Positions 39,140 through 50,075 are shown, counted from the stretch's first letter. The stretch is DNA of 64,000 nt from an uncultured Phycisphaerales bacterium (GCA_938084645.1 CALKEP010000033.1:1-64000), one strand, 5' to 3'. Program-made: numbers and translations. The notes: generated from the letters alone by a model not told the origin.

Positions 39140-40645
39140 ATGAGTCGAATCAAGCACGTCGGTCCCGCCATCGTGGTCGCCACCACGATCGTGGCAGCGC
39201 TCTTCGCGGGACCCGCCGCCATTCGAGGGGTGGTGACCGCAAGCACCCGCGCCGACATCGCGAAGGCGTCCGCCCGCCTCCAGAACGGAAACGTGCTCGA
39301 GGCGATCTCGGAGGCACAGCGCGACATCGCCACGGTGGTCGAGCCGTCGGTCGTGCACGTCTCCAGCCAGGGCTCGGTCGGGAACGGATCGCGGTTCGGC
39401 CAGTTCGCGTCGACCGGATCCGGCTGGATCTGGGACGAGGCCGGACACGTCGTGACGAACGCACACGTGGTCGAGGCAGCGGACGAGATCGAGATCCAGT
39501 TGCACGACGGCGAGGTCCGATCCGCGGAGGTGCTCGGACTCGACCTTCGAAGCGACATCGCGGTGGTCAAGATCGCGCCGGGCAATCTCATACCCGCGCT
39601 CCGCGGTGAGAGCCGGGGCGTCCGTCAGGGGGACATCGCGTTCGCGTTCGGTTCACCCTTCGACTTCCGATTCTCGATGTCGAGCGGCATCGTCTCCGGC
39701 CTCGGCCGGGCGGCCGGGCTCGACGACATCGATTACGAGAACTTCATCCAGGTCGACGCGGCGATCAATCCCGGGAACTCCGGCGGTCCGCTGACCGACG
39801 CCCAGGGTCGCGTGATCGGCATGAACACCGCCATCGCGACCGGTCGTGGCAACACCATCGGACAAGGGCAGTTCGCAGGCATCGGACTCGCGATCCCCAT
39901 GTCGCAGATCACCGCGGTCGTCGAGCAGGTCATCGAAACGGGCGAGGTCCAGAAGGGCTTTCTCGGGGTCGGACTCGCGGCGACCGTCTCGATGGATCTC
40001 CAGCGGGCCGCCGCGTTCGGCGGCCGGGCGGCGGCGTTCCGCCCCTTCGCCGAAGCGATCATCGAGGCCTACGAGGGCGAGGGGGTCGCGGTGACCGCGG
40101 TCGAACAGGGATATCCCGCGGAACTCGCGGGGATCCGGGTCGGCGACGTCATCGAGCAGGTGGATGGTCGCCGGGTCCGTGGGCTGGAGCAGTTGAAGTC
40201 GATGATCTCCTCCGGACGTCCCGGCGATGTCGCGGTGCTCGACATCTGGAGGATCGATCTCGACACCGGTGAGTCCGAGACGAGATCGATCGAAGTGGTG
40301 CTTGGACGACTCGACCCGATCATGTCGAGCCTCGCGGCCCAGCGGCTTCGTGATCTCGGGCTGGTGGAGCTCGCCACCTCGACCCGCGACCGAGCCGAGG
40401 AGGCCGGCGTGGAGTTCCAATCGGGAGTCATCGTGCTCGATTCCGATCCTCGGACCCAGATCGGCCAGGTCTTCCCCCGCGGCTCCATCCTCCTCGAGGC
40501 CGGTGGTCGCCCGATCGGCTCGTATGACGAGCTTCTGGCCCGATTGGACCGGCTCATGGTGCGGCTTTCCCGTCGTCAGGGATCGGTCCCCATCGTGGGC
40601 GTTCGGCCGGATGGCGAACGAGTCGCCCTCGATCTCGGATCCTGA
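39140..40645 (+). CDS. HtrA/DegP-like serine protease with PDZ domains
   Basis: GSG, TNAHV, DIAV, DAAINPGNSGGPL, GFLGV PDZ. Confidence 0.93.
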   Translation: MSRIKHVGPAIVVATTIVAALFAGPAAIRGVVTASTRADIAKASARLQNGNVLEAISEAQRDIATVVEPSVVHVSSQGSVGNGSRFGQFASTGSGWIWDEAGHVVTNAHVVEAADEIEIQLHDGEVRSAEVLGLDLRSDIAVVKIAPGNLIPALRGESRGVRQGDIAFAFGSPFDFRFSMSSGIVSGLGRAAGLDDIDYENFIQVDAAINPGNSGGPLTDAQGRVIGMNTAIATGRGNTIGQGQFAGIGLAIPMSQITAVVEQVIETGEVQKGFLGVGLAATVSMDLQRAAAFGGRAAAFRPFAEAIIEAYEGEGVAVTAVEQGYPAELAGIRVGDVIEQVDGRRVRGLEQLKSMISSGRPGDVAVLDIWRIDLDTGESETRSIEVVLGRLDPIMSSLAAQRLRDLGLVELATSTRDRAEEAGVEFQSGVIVLDSDPRTQIGQVFPRGSILLEAGGRPIGSYDELLARLDRLMVRLSRRQGSVPIVGVRPDGERVALDLGS

Positions 40646-40717
40646 GACGCCGGGCTCATTGAAATCACCCCGATCCGCCGCCCCAGTCGCGGCCTCGGAA
40701 CCGGTAGCATCTGAAGC

Positions 40718-41587
40718 ATGTCCCCGTCTCCAAACACGTCCAACGGCTCGCCCGATCGTCCGCTCCTCGAGGTCAAGGACCTCAAGACCCACTTTCCCGT
40801 GAAGCGTGGGATCTTCCAGCGGACCGTCGACCATGTTCGCGCGGTCGACGGGGTCAGCTTCGACCTCGGCGTCGGCGAGACGCTCGGTCTCGTGGGCGAG
40901 TCGGGGTGTGGCAAGACCACCGTCGGGCGAACGATTCTCCGGTTGATCGAAGCCACGAGCGGCGAGGTGCGTTTCGAAGGCAACCCGGTGTTCGAGCAGT
41001 CCGCGACCGAAATGCGGGCGCTGCGCCGTGAGATGCAGATCATCTTCCAGGACCCGGGCGGATCCCTGAACCCGCGGATGCGGGTCGGACGGCTCGTCGG
41101 TGAGCCGCTCGTGGTGCATGGGATGGCCAGTGGCGACGAACTCCGCGATCGGGTGGAGAAACTGCTCGAGCGGTGCGGGCTCTGGAAGCAGGCGGCGGAT
41201 CGCTACCCGCACGAATTCAGCGGTGGACAGCGGCAGCGGATCGGAATCGCCCGGGCGCTGGCGGTCGAGCCTCGGCTCATCGTCTGCGACGAGCCCACCT
41301 CGGCCCTGGACGTCTCGATCCAGTCGCAGATCCTGAACCTGCTGGACGATCTCCAGGAGGAGTTCGATCTCAGCTATCTGTTCATCAGCCACGACATGGC
41401 GGTGGTCCATCACGTCTGTGACCGGATCGCGGTCATGTACAACGGGAAGATCGTCGAGGTCGGGACACGCGATCAGGTGATCCACGATCCGCAGCATCCC
41501 TACACCAAGGCACTTCTCTCGGCGGTTCCCGAGCCGGATCCTCGCCGGGAGCGAGTCCGCGTCGAGTGGGAAGGGATGCGGATGTGA
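40718..41587 (+). CDS. Oligopeptide/dipeptide ABC transporter ATP-binding protein (OppF/DppF-like)
   Basis: [26 protein letters not shown]. Confidence 0.93.
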   Translation: MSPSPNTSNGSPDRPLLEVKDLKTHFPVKRGIFQRTVDHVRAVDGVSFDLGVGETLGLVGESGCGKTTVGRTILRLIEATSGEVRFEGNPVFEQSATEMRALRREMQIIFQDPGGSLNPRMRVGRLVGEPLVVHGMASGDELRDRVEKLLERCGLWKQAADRYPHEFSGGQRQRIGIARALAVEPRLIVCDEPTSALDVSIQSQILNLLDDLQEEFDLSYLFISHDMAVVHHVCDRIAVMYNGKIVEVGTRDQVIHDPQHPYTKALLSAVPEPDPRRERVRVEWEGMRM

Positions 41588-42108
41588 GCCAGGATCGCGG
41601 TGCTGAAAACGGACCCGAGAGGGGCGTACGGGGGCGGGTCTTCCTCTTCTGCTTCATCTTCGTGTTCGCGGCGAGCGTGGTCGGGACCTGGTTCTTCGGT
41701 CTTGACGTCGTCCGCAACGTGAAGGCCCAGGCGGCCCGGAGCGACACCGCGCTTCGAACCGTCGGATACGCGATTCTCGTGGCCACGTCCGACGCCGGGG
41801 CCTTTCCGATCGCCGCCTCCGAGATCCTCGACCTCGAACTTCCGGCCGCGATTCCAGGCCGGCTCTCCGAGCCGGCCCCGGATCCCGAGGCCGGCTGGCC
41901 TGCCACCTTCGAGGCGGCCATGGCCGGCATGGAGCCCGTTCCGCTCTCGGATGCGCTGGAGATCGTGCTCGTCAGCTGGCCGCCGGAACGCGATCTGCCG
42001 CCGGTGCTCTCGGTCGGAGGCCGCCCGAGCGGGATGACCGACGCCAGGGCCACGCTGGACGTCGTGAACGGCTGGCTCCGGAACGCCGGCGTCCGCCTTG
42101 CGAACTGA
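41584..42108 (+). CDS. Hypothetical protein with single N-terminal TM helix
   Basis: GTGA overlap with upstream stop; [20 protein letters not shown]. Confidence 0.55.
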   Translation: MSQDRGAENGPERGVRGRVFLFCFIFVFAASVVGTWFFGLDVVRNVKAQAARSDTALRTVGYAILVATSDAGAFPIAASEILDLELPAAIPGRLSEPAPDPEAGWPATFEAAMAGMEPVPLSDALEIVLVSWPPERDLPPVLSVGGRPSGMTDARATLDVVNGWLRNAGVRLAN

Positions 42109-42204
42109 GACCCGGAGCCGTCCGCGTGACGGTGCGATGTTGGCGGGATGTCGAAATCGGCTTTGACGCTGGCCCGGGCCTCGGCGACCTGCGACACTGA
42201 CGGC

Positions 42205-43140
42205 ATGAGCAGCGACACCGACACGCAGGTCACCAGCCACGGAACCACCACCGATCAGGACACCGGGGGCGATCGCATTCGACGCATCGCGCCGGAGGTG
42301 GCGTTCAAGGACGTGATGAACGGCGACAGCCGGTGGGAGATCCCGGTTCACGACCACGGGTTCGTCGCACTGGTGGATTCGATGCCCCGGCTCGTTCCCG
42401 AAGGACAGACCGCGGACAGCGCGATCGTCCAGGCGGCGCGGGTGAGTTACGGCGCAGGCACCAAGAAGGTCAACGAGGATCGCGGACTGATCCGCTACCT
42501 CCTTCGGCACCGGCACACCACACCGCTCGAGATGATCGAGTTCAAGTTCCACATCGCGATGCCGATCTTCGTCGCCCGGCAGTGGATCCGACACCGGACG
42601 GCGAACGTGAACGAGTACTCGGCCCGGTACTCGATCATGCCGGATCGCTTCTACCGGCCCTCCATCGACAACGTCCGCAAGCAGAGCACGACCAATCGAC
42701 AGGGTGGCGATGAGCCCATCGAAGTCGGGACCGCCGAGGAGTTCCTCAAGCTGCTCGAGGACTCGGAGGCCCTGTACTCGCGGTATCTCGATCTCACCGA
42801 GCGCGGCGTCGCCCGCGAGATCGCCCGCGCGGCGCTGCCCGTGAGCGTCTTCACCGAGTGGTACTGGAAGTGCGACCTGCACAACATCCTGCACTTCCTC
42901 TCGCTCCGGATGGACAAGCACGCCCAGATCGAGATCCGAGACTACGCGACCGCGATGTACGACCTCATCAAGGGAATCGTGCCGATCACCTGCGAGGCGT
43001 TCGAGGACTATCGATTGAACGCGATGCATCTCACCTCGCTGGAGATCGAGGCCATTCGGAACGGCACCCCGCTGGACACCACCAACAAGCGGGAGATCGC
43101 CGAGTGGGAAGCGAAGCAGGCGGAACTCGGACTGGGTTGA
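42205..43140 (+). CDS. thyX: FAD-dependent thymidylate synthase
   Basis: AARVSY, HTTPLE, RQWIRHRTANVNEYSARY, HAQIEIR. Confidence 0.96.
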   Translation: MSSDTDTQVTSHGTTTDQDTGGDRIRRIAPEVAFKDVMNGDSRWEIPVHDHGFVALVDSMPRLVPEGQTADSAIVQAARVSYGAGTKKVNEDRGLIRYLLRHRHTTPLEMIEFKFHIAMPIFVARQWIRHRTANVNEYSARYSIMPDRFYRPSIDNVRKQSTTNRQGGDEPIEVGTAEEFLKLLEDSEALYSRYLDLTERGVAREIARAALPVSVFTEWYWKCDLHNILHFLSLRMDKHAQIEIRDYATAMYDLIKGIVPITCEAFEDYRLNAMHLTSLEIEAIRNGTPLDTTNKREIAEWEAKQAELGLG

Positions 43141-43187
43141 TTCCGCCTCGCATCGCCCCGCGTCTCCGCTCGGTGTACGCTTCAGGC

Positions 43188-44663
43188 ATGCCGCGAACCG
43201 AAACATCTGGTGCCGGAGTCCGTCGATTCACCTCGACGGGCGTCGGTCTCCTGCTGGCCCTGGTCGCACGGACCGATGCCGGCCTCGCCACGACCGACGT
43301 CGAGAACCCGCCGCCACCGAACATCGTCATCGTCTTCACCGACGATCAGGGCTGGGGCGACCTGTCGTGCTACGGCTCCACCGACATCCCCACGCCCAAC
43401 ATCGACCGGCTCGCGGCGGAAGGAATGCGGTTCACCGATTTCTACGTCTCGCAGCCGGTCTGCTCCGCGTCGCGGGCCTCGCTGCTGACCGGCTGCTATC
43501 CGAACCGGCTCGGCATCAGCGGAGCGCTGGCTCCGAGCGCTCGGCACGGACTCGATCCGGAGGAGACCACCATCGCGGAGGTCGTGAAGCCGCTCGGATA
43601 CGCGACCGCGTGTTTCGGCAAGTGGCACCTGGGGCATCGCGAGCCGTTCCTTCCCACCCGTCAGGGTTTCGACGAGTACCAGGGAATTCCCTATTCCAAC
43701 GACATGTGGCCCGGGCATCCCGAGAGCCCGAAGGCCTGGCCGCGGCTTCCGTGGTACGGCGCGGACGGTCCGACCGAGTTCATCGACGATCTCGACGATC
43801 AGCAGATGATCACCCGTCGTCTCACCGATCTCTCCGTGGACTTCGTGCACCGCAACGCGGACCGGCCGTTCTTCCTCTACGTGCCGCACTCGATGCCGCA
43901 CGTGCCGCTCGCGGTGGGGCCGCGGTTCCGGCAGTCGTCGATGTACGGCCCGTATGCGGATGTCATCAAGGAGATCGACTGGTCGGTGGGGGAGATCGTC
44001 AAGGCGTTGGAAGCCGAAGGCGTGCTCGACCGCACGATGGTGATCTTCGCCAGCGACAACGGCCCGTGGATCAACTACGGGGATCACGCGGGGACCACCG
44101 GGGGGCTTCGTGAAGGAAAGGGGACGACGTTCGAGGGCGGTGTCCGCGTGCCGTTCGTGGTCCGCTACCCGCCCCTCGTGCCCGCCGGCACCACCTGCGA
44201 GACGCCGTGCATGACGATCGACGTCCTGCCGACGATCGTGGAGATGACCGGCGCGGATCCCCCCGCTCGGAAGATCGACGGCCGGAGCATCCTGCCCCAG
44301 TTCCAGGGGTCGCCCGATGCGGCGGCGCCGCACGAGGCGCTCTTCTTCTGGTACCGCAAGGACGAGCTGCAGGCGATGCGGATGGGCCGTTGGAAACTCC
44401 ATTTCCCACACACCTATCGATCGATGGAGGGTCGACCGGTGGGCAACAACGGGCGACCGGCGAAGTACACGTACGGCGTGAAGATCGGACCGGCGCTCTT
44501 CGACCTCGTCGAGGATCCGGGCGAGACGCAGAACGTCGCGGATCGCCATCCGGAGATCGTGGCTCGAATGCGTGAACTCGCGGCCTCCGCCCGCACCGAA
44601 CTCGGGGATTCCCTGAGCCGGATCGAGGGGGAGGAGATTCGCGAACCGATGCGGGTCGACTGA
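43188..44663 (+). CDS. Sulfatase (S1, formylglycine-dependent)
   Basis: PNIVIVFTDDQG, CSASRASLLTG, GKWHLG, SDNG, EGGVRVP. Confidence 0.94.
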   Translation: MPRTETSGAGVRRFTSTGVGLLLALVARTDAGLATTDVENPPPPNIVIVFTDDQGWGDLSCYGSTDIPTPNIDRLAAEGMRFTDFYVSQPVCSASRASLLTGCYPNRLGISGALAPSARHGLDPEETTIAEVVKPLGYATACFGKWHLGHREPFLPTRQGFDEYQGIPYSNDMWPGHPESPKAWPRLPWYGADGPTEFIDDLDDQQMITRRLTDLSVDFVHRNADRPFFLYVPHSMPHVPLAVGPRFRQSSMYGPYADVIKEIDWSVGEIVKALEAEGVLDRTMVIFASDNGPWINYGDHAGTTGGLREGKGTTFEGGVRVPFVVRYPPLVPAGTTCETPCMTIDVLPTIVEMTGADPPARKIDGRSILPQFQGSPDAAAPHEALFFWYRKDELQAMRMGRWKLHFPHTYRSMEGRPVGNNGRPAKYTYGVKIGPALFDLVEDPGETQNVADRHPEIVARMRELAASARTELGDSLSRIEGEEIREPMRVD

Positions 44664-44696
44664 GTTCCGGCTCGGCGATCCGGCGTGGGCGAGACG

Positions 44697-46259
44697 ATGA
44701 AGAACGACTCGACCATCCTCGTTTGTGGGGCCGGCCCCGTCGGACTGGTCGCGGCGCTCGAACTCGCCTCGCACGGACTTCGACCCCGGATCATCGACTC
44801 CAACGACGGACCGACCGATCTTTCGAAGGCGCTGGTGGTCTGGCGTCGAACCTTGAAGTCGATCGACGGACTGGTTCCGTTCGAGCGTTTCCTCCGTGGT
44901 CATGTTCCGATGCGATCGGCGCGGATCATGAGCGACGGCCGCGCGATCGCGTCGATCGATCTCGACGAGGAGCGAATCGGAGCCACCGCCTTTCCCACCG
45001 GCGTTCTCGTGCCGCAGTCGGCCACCGAACGGATCCTGATCGAGGCCCTTGCGGAACACGACGTCCGAGTCGAGCGTCGCACCCGCCTGGTCGGCCTGGT
45101 CCCGTCGGCGACCGGGGCCGCGGTCCGCATCGAAGGACCTGGTGGCATGGAGACCGTCGAGGCGGACTGGCTTCTCGCCTGCGACGGTGGCCATTCGACG
45201 ATTCGGAAGGCGCTTGATCTCCAGTTCCCCGGGGCCACGCTCGATCATCGCTGGCTGATCGCCGACGTCGCGATCGAGCAGGCTTCCGATCCATCGCAGA
45301 TCCGGATCGAACTCGATCGCGGAGGCGTGGTCGCGGTGTTTCCGGTCGGCGCCGGGCGATGGCGGGTCGTCGCGGATCTCGGGCCCTGCGACGTCGAAGC
45401 GCCGGAGCCGACCCTGGCCGACGTCCAGCGGATGCTCGACACGCGAACCACGCTCGAATGGACGGCGACCGAGGCCTACTGGCTCGGTCACTTCAAGATC
45501 AATGAGCGCCAGATCGAGCGGTATCGTCACGGTCGGGTGCTGCTTGCCGGGGACGCCGCCCACGTGCACAGCCCCGCGGGCGGGCAGGGGATGAACACGG
45601 GGATGCAGGACGCCCAGAATCTCGCGTGGAAACTCGCGGTCCACCTCCGGGACGGTGCCGGTGATTCACTGCTCGACACCTACCACGACGAACGTCATCC
45701 GGTGGGGCACCAGGTGATCCGGGATTCCGCCCGGATGCTCCGGATGACCATGCTCACCAATCGACTTGCCCGAACCGCCCGGAACTCACTCGTTCATCTG
45801 GGAATGTCGACCGCGACGGTTCGTCGTCGTTTTCGGGCGATGATTTCCGAGGACGCGATCGACTACCGAGCTCACGGACTCGCCGACGGAACCCGGGCCG
45901 GTGGCCTTCGATCCGGTGACCCGCTCCCGGAATTCGAGGTACTGGTGGGTGGTCGTCCGGCTCCGCTGCATCACTTGCTGCGCGGGTCCGCGGCCACGGT
46001 CATCGTGATCGGTCCCGCGATTCCGCCCGGATTGCCCGGATCCTTCGGGGTGAATGGACGCGGCACGACGCTCGGGGTCCGTCGTCTGGGGGCCGGTGGT
46101 GATGCGGAGGATCCCGATGGGTCCTGCACCGCGGCGCTGGGCGGCTCGGGACGGTTGATCCTCGTCCGCCCGGATGGCGTGATCGCGACGATCGTCGATA
46201 CATCGGAGGGCGTGCGGGCGTGGATGGATTCGGTGTTCGCTGATCCGGCGGCGTCCTGA
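44697..46259 (+). CDS. FAD-dependent monooxygenase (PheA/TfdB family)
   Basis: GAGPVG, CDGGHS, LAGDAAHVHSPAGGQGMNTG, LVRPDG. Confidence 0.92.
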   Translation: MKNDSTILVCGAGPVGLVAALELASHGLRPRIIDSNDGPTDLSKALVVWRRTLKSIDGLVPFERFLRGHVPMRSARIMSDGRAIASIDLDEERIGATAFPTGVLVPQSATERILIEALAEHDVRVERRTRLVGLVPSATGAAVRIEGPGGMETVEADWLLACDGGHSTIRKALDLQFPGATLDHRWLIADVAIEQASDPSQIRIELDRGGVVAVFPVGAGRWRVVADLGPCDVEAPEPTLADVQRMLDTRTTLEWTATEAYWLGHFKINERQIERYRHGRVLLAGDAAHVHSPAGGQGMNTGMQDAQNLAWKLAVHLRDGAGDSLLDTYHDERHPVGHQVIRDSARMLRMTMLTNRLARTARNSLVHLGMSTATVRRRFRAMISEDAIDYRAHGLADGTRAGGLRSGDPLPEFEVLVGGRPAPLHHLLRGSAATVIVIGPAIPPGLPGSFGVNGRGTTLGVRRLGAGGDAEDPDGSCTAALGGSGRLILVRPDGVIATIVDTSEGVRAWMDSVFADPAAS

Positions 46260-46334
46260 TCGCCGGTTCTCGAACGCTCGGGACACGCGGTCGGCTTTCG
46301 GGATTTCCGAACGGGTCCGGGGAGACCGGCGGGG

Positions 46335-46817
46335 TCAGAACCGGTCCTCGTCGGGAATCGCCACCGTTCCGAGCAGGGGGCTCGTCTCGTCGATCTGGAG
46401 CTGGACGATGACCGACGGAGTCGGCGCCTCGGTGCGAAAGAAGCCACCGGCCACCGGCGTCTCGCCCCATTGATCGAAGAAGTCGCCGAACCAGACCCGA
46501 CGAGTCTCGCCGGCGGCGAGCCGATCGATCTGGAGCATGTATCGATGATTGACCCAGACATCCACTTCCTCGAACGACTGGGGTGACGCGTTGACGATGA
46601 TCAGGTCTCCGGCATCCCGAAACACCTGGACCGTGATCATCGATCCCTGCCCGAGTTCCTCGGGGTAGGGTCGAGTCGCCCGGGACGGTTCGTACCGCCG
46701 CCCGCCGCATCCGGCGAGTCCGACCACCACCAACGCCACGAGAAGCATCGGGCCGATCTGCGTTCGACCGGTGACCGGTTCCGCCCGGCGAGGTTGGGTC
46801 CGCGTGGCTGCCTGCAT
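46335..46817 (-). CDS. Hypothetical lipoprotein
   Basis: LLVALVVVGLAGC lipobox; TACCAT 7 nt upstream of ATG. Confidence 0.65.
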   Translation of the reverse strand: MQAATRTQPRRAEPVTGRTQIGPMLLVALVVVGLAGCGGRRYEPSRATRPYPEELGQGSMITVQVFRDAGDLIIVNASPQSFEEVDVWVNHRYMLQIDRLAAGETRRVWFGDFFDQWGETPVAGGFFRTEAPTPSVIVQLQIDETSPLLGTVAIPDEDRF

Positions 46818-46892
46818 CGTCTGCATGGTAGCGGAGGCCGTCGATCGCATCCCGGCCTCGGGAGAACGCCGGGGAGGTGCTACGATCAGGGC

Positions 46893-48083
46893 ATGAGCGT
46901 CGGCATGCGACCAGATGGAGTACCCGAACGGACGTTGTCGCGCTCGATCGCCGAGATCGCCGCGACACACGTGCTGGACCCCCGGATCCCCGGTGCGGTT
47001 CCCGGGTTTGATGCGCCGTTCTTCCAGGCCGGACTCGCAGGCTACTCCGACGGGGCGATGCGACTCATCGCCCGTCGCCACGGCTGTCCCTTCTGCGTGA
47101 CGGAGGCGCTCCTCGACCGGACCCTCGTGAACGGGGGAAAGGGCCGCCGCAAGGAGGATCCCGACCTGATCGCGGCCGAGTGCGGGATGGGCGAGATCGA
47201 GGACAACGTCGCGGCCGGGCTCGAGGATCATCCGATCGCCGGCCAGATCATGGGCTCCGATCCCGAGGAGATGGCCCTCGGCACCGAGATCATCGCGGGC
47301 ATGGGCTACGAGGTCGTCGACGTCAATCTGGCGTGTCCGGTCAAGAAGATCAAGAAGCGTTCGCGGGGGGGTCACTTTCTCGCCCATCCCGACGCGGCCA
47401 TCGAGATCCTCCGGGCGGTGCGCGAGGCGGCCGGTGACCGAGTCACCACCGTGAAGCTGCGGCGGGCCTTCGACGACACGCCCGAAATGGCGGCCAACTT
47501 CGAACGGATCTTCGATGCCGCGTACGAACTCGGGTACGCCTGGGCCACGGTTCACTGTCGAACGGTCGAGCAGCGTTACGTCGGCCCGGGCCGATGGGAG
47601 TTCCTGCAGGATCTGGTGGATCGAAATCCCGATCGGGTGATCTTCGGCTCGGGTGACGTGTGGACCGTCGAGGACATCTTCTCGATGATCGAGCTGACCG
47701 GCGTGAGTGGCGTCTCCGTCGCGCGTGGCTGCATCGGAAATCCGTGGATCTTCCATCACGCGCGTGAACTCATGGCGGGCCGGACACCGACGCCCCCTTC
47801 GATTCGCGAGCAGGGCGAGACGCTCCGGGATCATTTCCGATACGCGAGCGTCATCCACGGTGAACGGGTCGCGAGTCGGCAGATGCGGAAGTTCGGAATC
47901 AAGTTCGCGGCGATCCATCCGGAAGCAGCGGCGGTCAAGAAGGCGTTCATCGCCGCGGAATCGCTCGACGACTGGTCTGCGGTGATCGATCGCTTCTATG
48001 CAGGCGTCCGTCCCCGCTCCGAAACCGGCCTGGCACCCGAGCCGGGCGAGGACCTCCTCGCGAAGGGGCATCCGGCTCCCTGA
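46893..48083 (+). CDS. dusB: tRNA-dihydrouridine synthase (DusB-like)
   Basis: AGLAGYSD, QIMG, DVNLACP, TVKLR, VHCR, GSGDV, ARG-IGNPW. Confidence 0.85.
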   Translation: MSVGMRPDGVPERTLSRSIAEIAATHVLDPRIPGAVPGFDAPFFQAGLAGYSDGAMRLIARRHGCPFCVTEALLDRTLVNGGKGRRKEDPDLIAAECGMGEIEDNVAAGLEDHPIAGQIMGSDPEEMALGTEIIAGMGYEVVDVNLACPVKKIKKRSRGGHFLAHPDAAIEILRAVREAAGDRVTTVKLRRAFDDTPEMAANFERIFDAAYELGYAWATVHCRTVEQRYVGPGRWEFLQDLVDRNPDRVIFGSGDVWTVEDIFSMIELTGVSGVSVARGCIGNPWIFHHARELMAGRTPTPPSIREQGETLRDHFRYASVIHGERVASRQMRKFGIKFAAIHPEAAAVKKAFIAAESLDDWSAVIDRFYAGVRPRSETGLAPEPGEDLLAKGHPAP

Positions 48084-48165
48084 GTCGGGCTCGATCCCGC
48101 ATCTCGAGGCATCGGGATGCAGTCCTCCTCTTCGCCGACGCCCCGCCACATCGTCAGGAGACATC

Positions 48166-48186
48166 GCCATGGGCCATGGGCCATGG
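48166..48186. repeat. Tandem heptamer (GCCATGG)x3
   Basis: gccatgg gccatgg gccatgg read directly. Confidence 0.8.
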
Positions 48187-48191
48187 GGCGT

Positions 48192-49925
48192 TCACCCCGC
48201 TTGGGAGTTCCGGGGTGAGTCGAATGCGTCGATCGACCGATGGTGCTTGAGGAGGGGCGGCGAGAAATCGATTACAGGGGATCGATCATGCCCGATACGA
48301 CGACTGCGACCACCGAACTCCTCGATGCGATCCGGATCTTTCTGGAGCAAGGCAATCTCGAGGAGGCCCGGTTTCTTCGCGAGGCGATCCGCGAGTCCGT
48401 CGCCTCGGGCGACGACTGGATCACGTCCGCGGAATCGACCCTGCTCGACACCTTCTGAACCGAGGCTCGGCCGATCCGGTGTCGACGCCCACTCGAACAC
48501 GTCCGCGTGGATCGGACGGCCGCCGTGCCGATGATCGGCTCGACGATGGATGCCCGGCGGCGAGAAGTCGACCACATGGACGACGCCCGTGGCAGGAAGA
48601 CCGTCGCCAGGCGGCATCACGCCGATCGCGAGGCGAAGCCCCGGTGGATCGAAATCGATGCGTTGAACGCTCCCGCCGACCCCGAGACCCACGAGATCGA
48701 GGACTGGAATCAAGACGCGATCCCCGATGCGGTTGATTCGTACGGCGGCATCCACGCGGCCGGTGGCGTCTCTGCGGCCGGGAATGGTGGCGGCCAGCAT
48801 GGTCGGTGAAGACGTCATCCGGGTTCCGAGGCCGGCTTCCGGGCCGATCGGAGCGGCGTATTCCCGGCGTGGTCGATCATGGACGGTGATGACGCCGCTC
48901 CTCGGGGCCCCGAGCGTTGCTCGGGGGGCCGCGACCACGATTCGGTCGCCGGGCAGGATCACGATCGAACGTCCGGCGCGATCGAGCCGCGCGGGGTCGG
49001 GTCGCAACAGCATGCCCTGTCGTCGGTGGGGCCGATCGGTCGAGAAACGCCAGGCCCCGCCGGCTCGATCCACGAGCCCGTCCTTGGGAGGTCGGTTTGG
49101 AACGTCGAATCCCGGTGCGCCCACGACGATGAGGTTGCCGACGGCGAGGGCGGTGCCGAATCGGAGTCCGGTGAGCGCGATGGGCGGTTCCAGTTCGATC
49201 GGCGGTTGAATTCGATCGTCGACGACCCGAAAGCACGCGACGCGACCACGATCGAGCACACCCTTCACGTCCGCTCTCGGTCCACCCACCACGATGAGTC
49301 CGCCTTCGATCGCGACCGCCTCGCCGAACCGGTCACCGGCGTTCGGGGTGGAGGGGGTCACCGGGCCGACCGCCTTCCAGCGGCCGTTCCGAAGTCGAAA
49401 GAGCCACGCCCCACCGCGCTCCTCGTTCATTCCCGGCGCACCCACGACGAGCAGATCGTCGGCGATGGCGAGATCGGCGCCGAATTCATCTCCGGCCCGT
49501 GACCGTGGAGATCGGAGCCGCACGGTCTCCCGGTATTCGTCTTCGACGCGTTCGTGGACCGTCACCATTCCGGCGGCGGGGGGCCCGTCTCGGCGCCCGT
49601 CGTTGCCGATGAAGACGCGGTCTCCGTCGATGGCCACCGCGACCCCGAAGCGATCCGCTGGATCGACGTCAAGGGGTGGGTGGATGGTGGTGGAGATCTC
49701 CGTGATTCGGATCACGGGAACGTCGGGCATCGCTTCCGCGCGTTCCGGGTGAGACGGCGTCGATGCGCCCTCGACGGAGGAATGGAGGTTCGACCCGCAG
49801 GTCAACGATGGATCGAGGGCATTGATCAGCGTGACGGCGATCAAGCCCACGATGGCATGGTGTCGATCCTTGCGTCCGGCCGAGCGTCGATCGGGCGGGA
49901 GCGAGATGGCGTCGGTCGCGAACAC
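48192..49925 (-). CDS. FG-GAP repeat (integrin-alpha-like beta-propeller) protein, with an atypical C-terminal extension
   Basis: Repeats DRFGVAVAIDGD, DEFGADLAIADDLLVVGAP, DRFGEAVAIEGG, LRFGTALAVG..VVGAP, plus degenerate blades; start uncertain. Confidence 0.75.
   Translation of the reverse strand: MFATDAISLPPDRRSAGRKDRHHAIVGLIAVTLINALDPSLTCGSNLHSSVEGASTPSHPERAEAMPDVPVIRITEISTTIHPPLDVDPADRFGVAVAIDGDRVFIGNDGRRDGPPAAGMVTVHERVEDEYRETVRLRSPRSRAGDEFGADLAIADDLLVVGAPGMNEERGGAWLFRLRNGRWKAVGPVTPSTPNAGDRFGEAVAIEGGLIVVGGPRADVKGVLDRGRVACFRVVDDRIQPPIELEPPIALTGLRFGTALAVGNLIVVGAPGFDVPNRPPKDGLVDRAGGAWRFSTDRPHRRQGMLLRPDPARLDRAGRSIVILPGDRIVVAAPRATLGAPRSGVITVHDRPRREYAAPIGPEAGLGTRMTSSPTMLAATIPGRRDATGRVDAAVRINRIGDRVLIPVLDLVGLGVGGSVQRIDFDPPGLRLAIGVMPPGDGLPATGVVHVVDFSPPGIHRRADHRHGGRPIHADVFEWASTPDRPSLGSEGVEQGRFRGRDPVVARGDGLADRLAKKPGLLEIALLQKDPDRIEEFGGRSRRIGHDRSPVIDFSPPLLKHHRSIDAFDSPRNSQAG
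48288..48458 (+). CDS. 56-aa helical hypothetical protein (paralogue A)
   Basis: AGGGG SD-like motif; ungapped 21/56 identity to 50076-50246. Confidence 0.7.
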   Translation: MPDTTTATTELLDAIRIFLEQGNLEEARFLREAIRESVASGDDWITSAESTLLDTF

Positions 49926-50075
49926 GATGCGATTCCGGGCCCCGCGGACGAGCCTAGTCGCGAGCGAGCATCGACTTCGAGGACGGGGCCTTTTTTCGTG
50001 TCACACCGTGTGTGGTTCGTCATACGGATCCGCGAAGGGACGCTTTTCGCGTCCTCTGAACGGAAGGAGACGACC

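Noticed and set aside
43461..43475. Sulfatase CSASR instead of CxPxR
   Set aside because: CxAxR is a known functional variant of the formylglycine motif
48166..48186. (GCCATGG)x3 as a CRISPR or iteron element
   Set aside because: No spacers and too short; most simply a slippage repeat
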